DNA from: Lama glama
Taxonomy: Eukaryota
Length of the DNA stretch: 64,000 nucleotides
NCBI GenBank assembly: GCA_028534125.1
Contig: CM052828.1
Coordinates: 1,178,001 to 1,242,000, forward strand
Direction: 5' to 3'
Made by a program: the position numbers and the translations under genes. The notes beneath the pieces are model-generated. The model saw nothing but the letters and a program-made list of their open reading frames with translations. It made no database searches and had not been told where the DNA came from. Positions 63,708 through 64,000 of this stretch are shown here, piece after piece. Positions within the stretch are counted from its first letter, which is position 1. Every line of letters begins with the position of its first letter.

Positions 63708-64000
63708 TGTGGTGGTCAGTTCTGGGTCAGCTTGGCTAGACTTTGGTGCCCAATTGGTTGGGTGAACACTAGTCTAGGTATTTTGTAGATGTGACTGACC
63801 TCTACTGTCAATTGACCTTAAGTGAAGGAGATTATGCTTGACAGTGTGGGTGGGCCTCATCCAATCAGTTGAAGGCCTTAAGAGCAAAACCTGAGGTTTC
63901 CTGGAGAAGAAAGGCTGCTGCCTCAGGACTGGAGTAGCATCTCCGCCTGAGTTTCCAGCTGCTGGGCTGCCCTACATGTTCCAGACTTGCCCCATAATCA
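63708..64000 (+). mobile_element. MLT2-type ERVL LTR, truncated by the window end
   Basis: gtcagcttggctagac...gtgggtgggcctcatccaatcagttgaaggccttaagagcaaaa. Confidence 0.9.

Noticed and set aside
1-64000. Gene symbols for the upstream 3' UTR and downstream promoter; CRISPR or other prokaryotic systems
   Set aside because: No coding exon is available to identify the genes and I do not recognise the UTR. The DNA is mammalian and has no repeat-spacer arrays or operons.

Overview
Mammalian genomic DNA, most likely camelid (inferred from three tRNA-Ala-derived vic-1-like SINEs; I saw no Alu, Bov-A/BovB or PRE-1 elements). I found no convincing protein-coding exon. The ORF track is explained by decayed LINE-1/CR1 fragments, GC-rich chance ORFs and N gaps. 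Layout: (i) ~1-2.7 kb looks like the distal 3' UTR and poly(A) sites of an unidentified + strand gene; (ii) ~3-45 kb is intergenic, with ancient repeats (L1M, L2, CR1/L3, MIR, MLT1, LTR16-like, MER58/63/102, HAL1), camelid SINE/L1 copies and several orphan CpG-rich islands; (iii) a promoter-type CpG island lies at ~45.6-47.0 kb and is followed by probable first-intron sequence. The most unusual signal is an old duplicated non-coding element (~6.69-6.97 kb and ~12.98-13.27 kb) on either side of an ancient L1. Its 50-nt core is 46/50 identical between copies and sits next to a perfect 21-bp palindrome in copy 2. Repeat subfamily names come from my recall of consensus sequences and need RepeatMasker confirmation; most boundaries are approximate. 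No novel biological system is demonstrated, only candidates.
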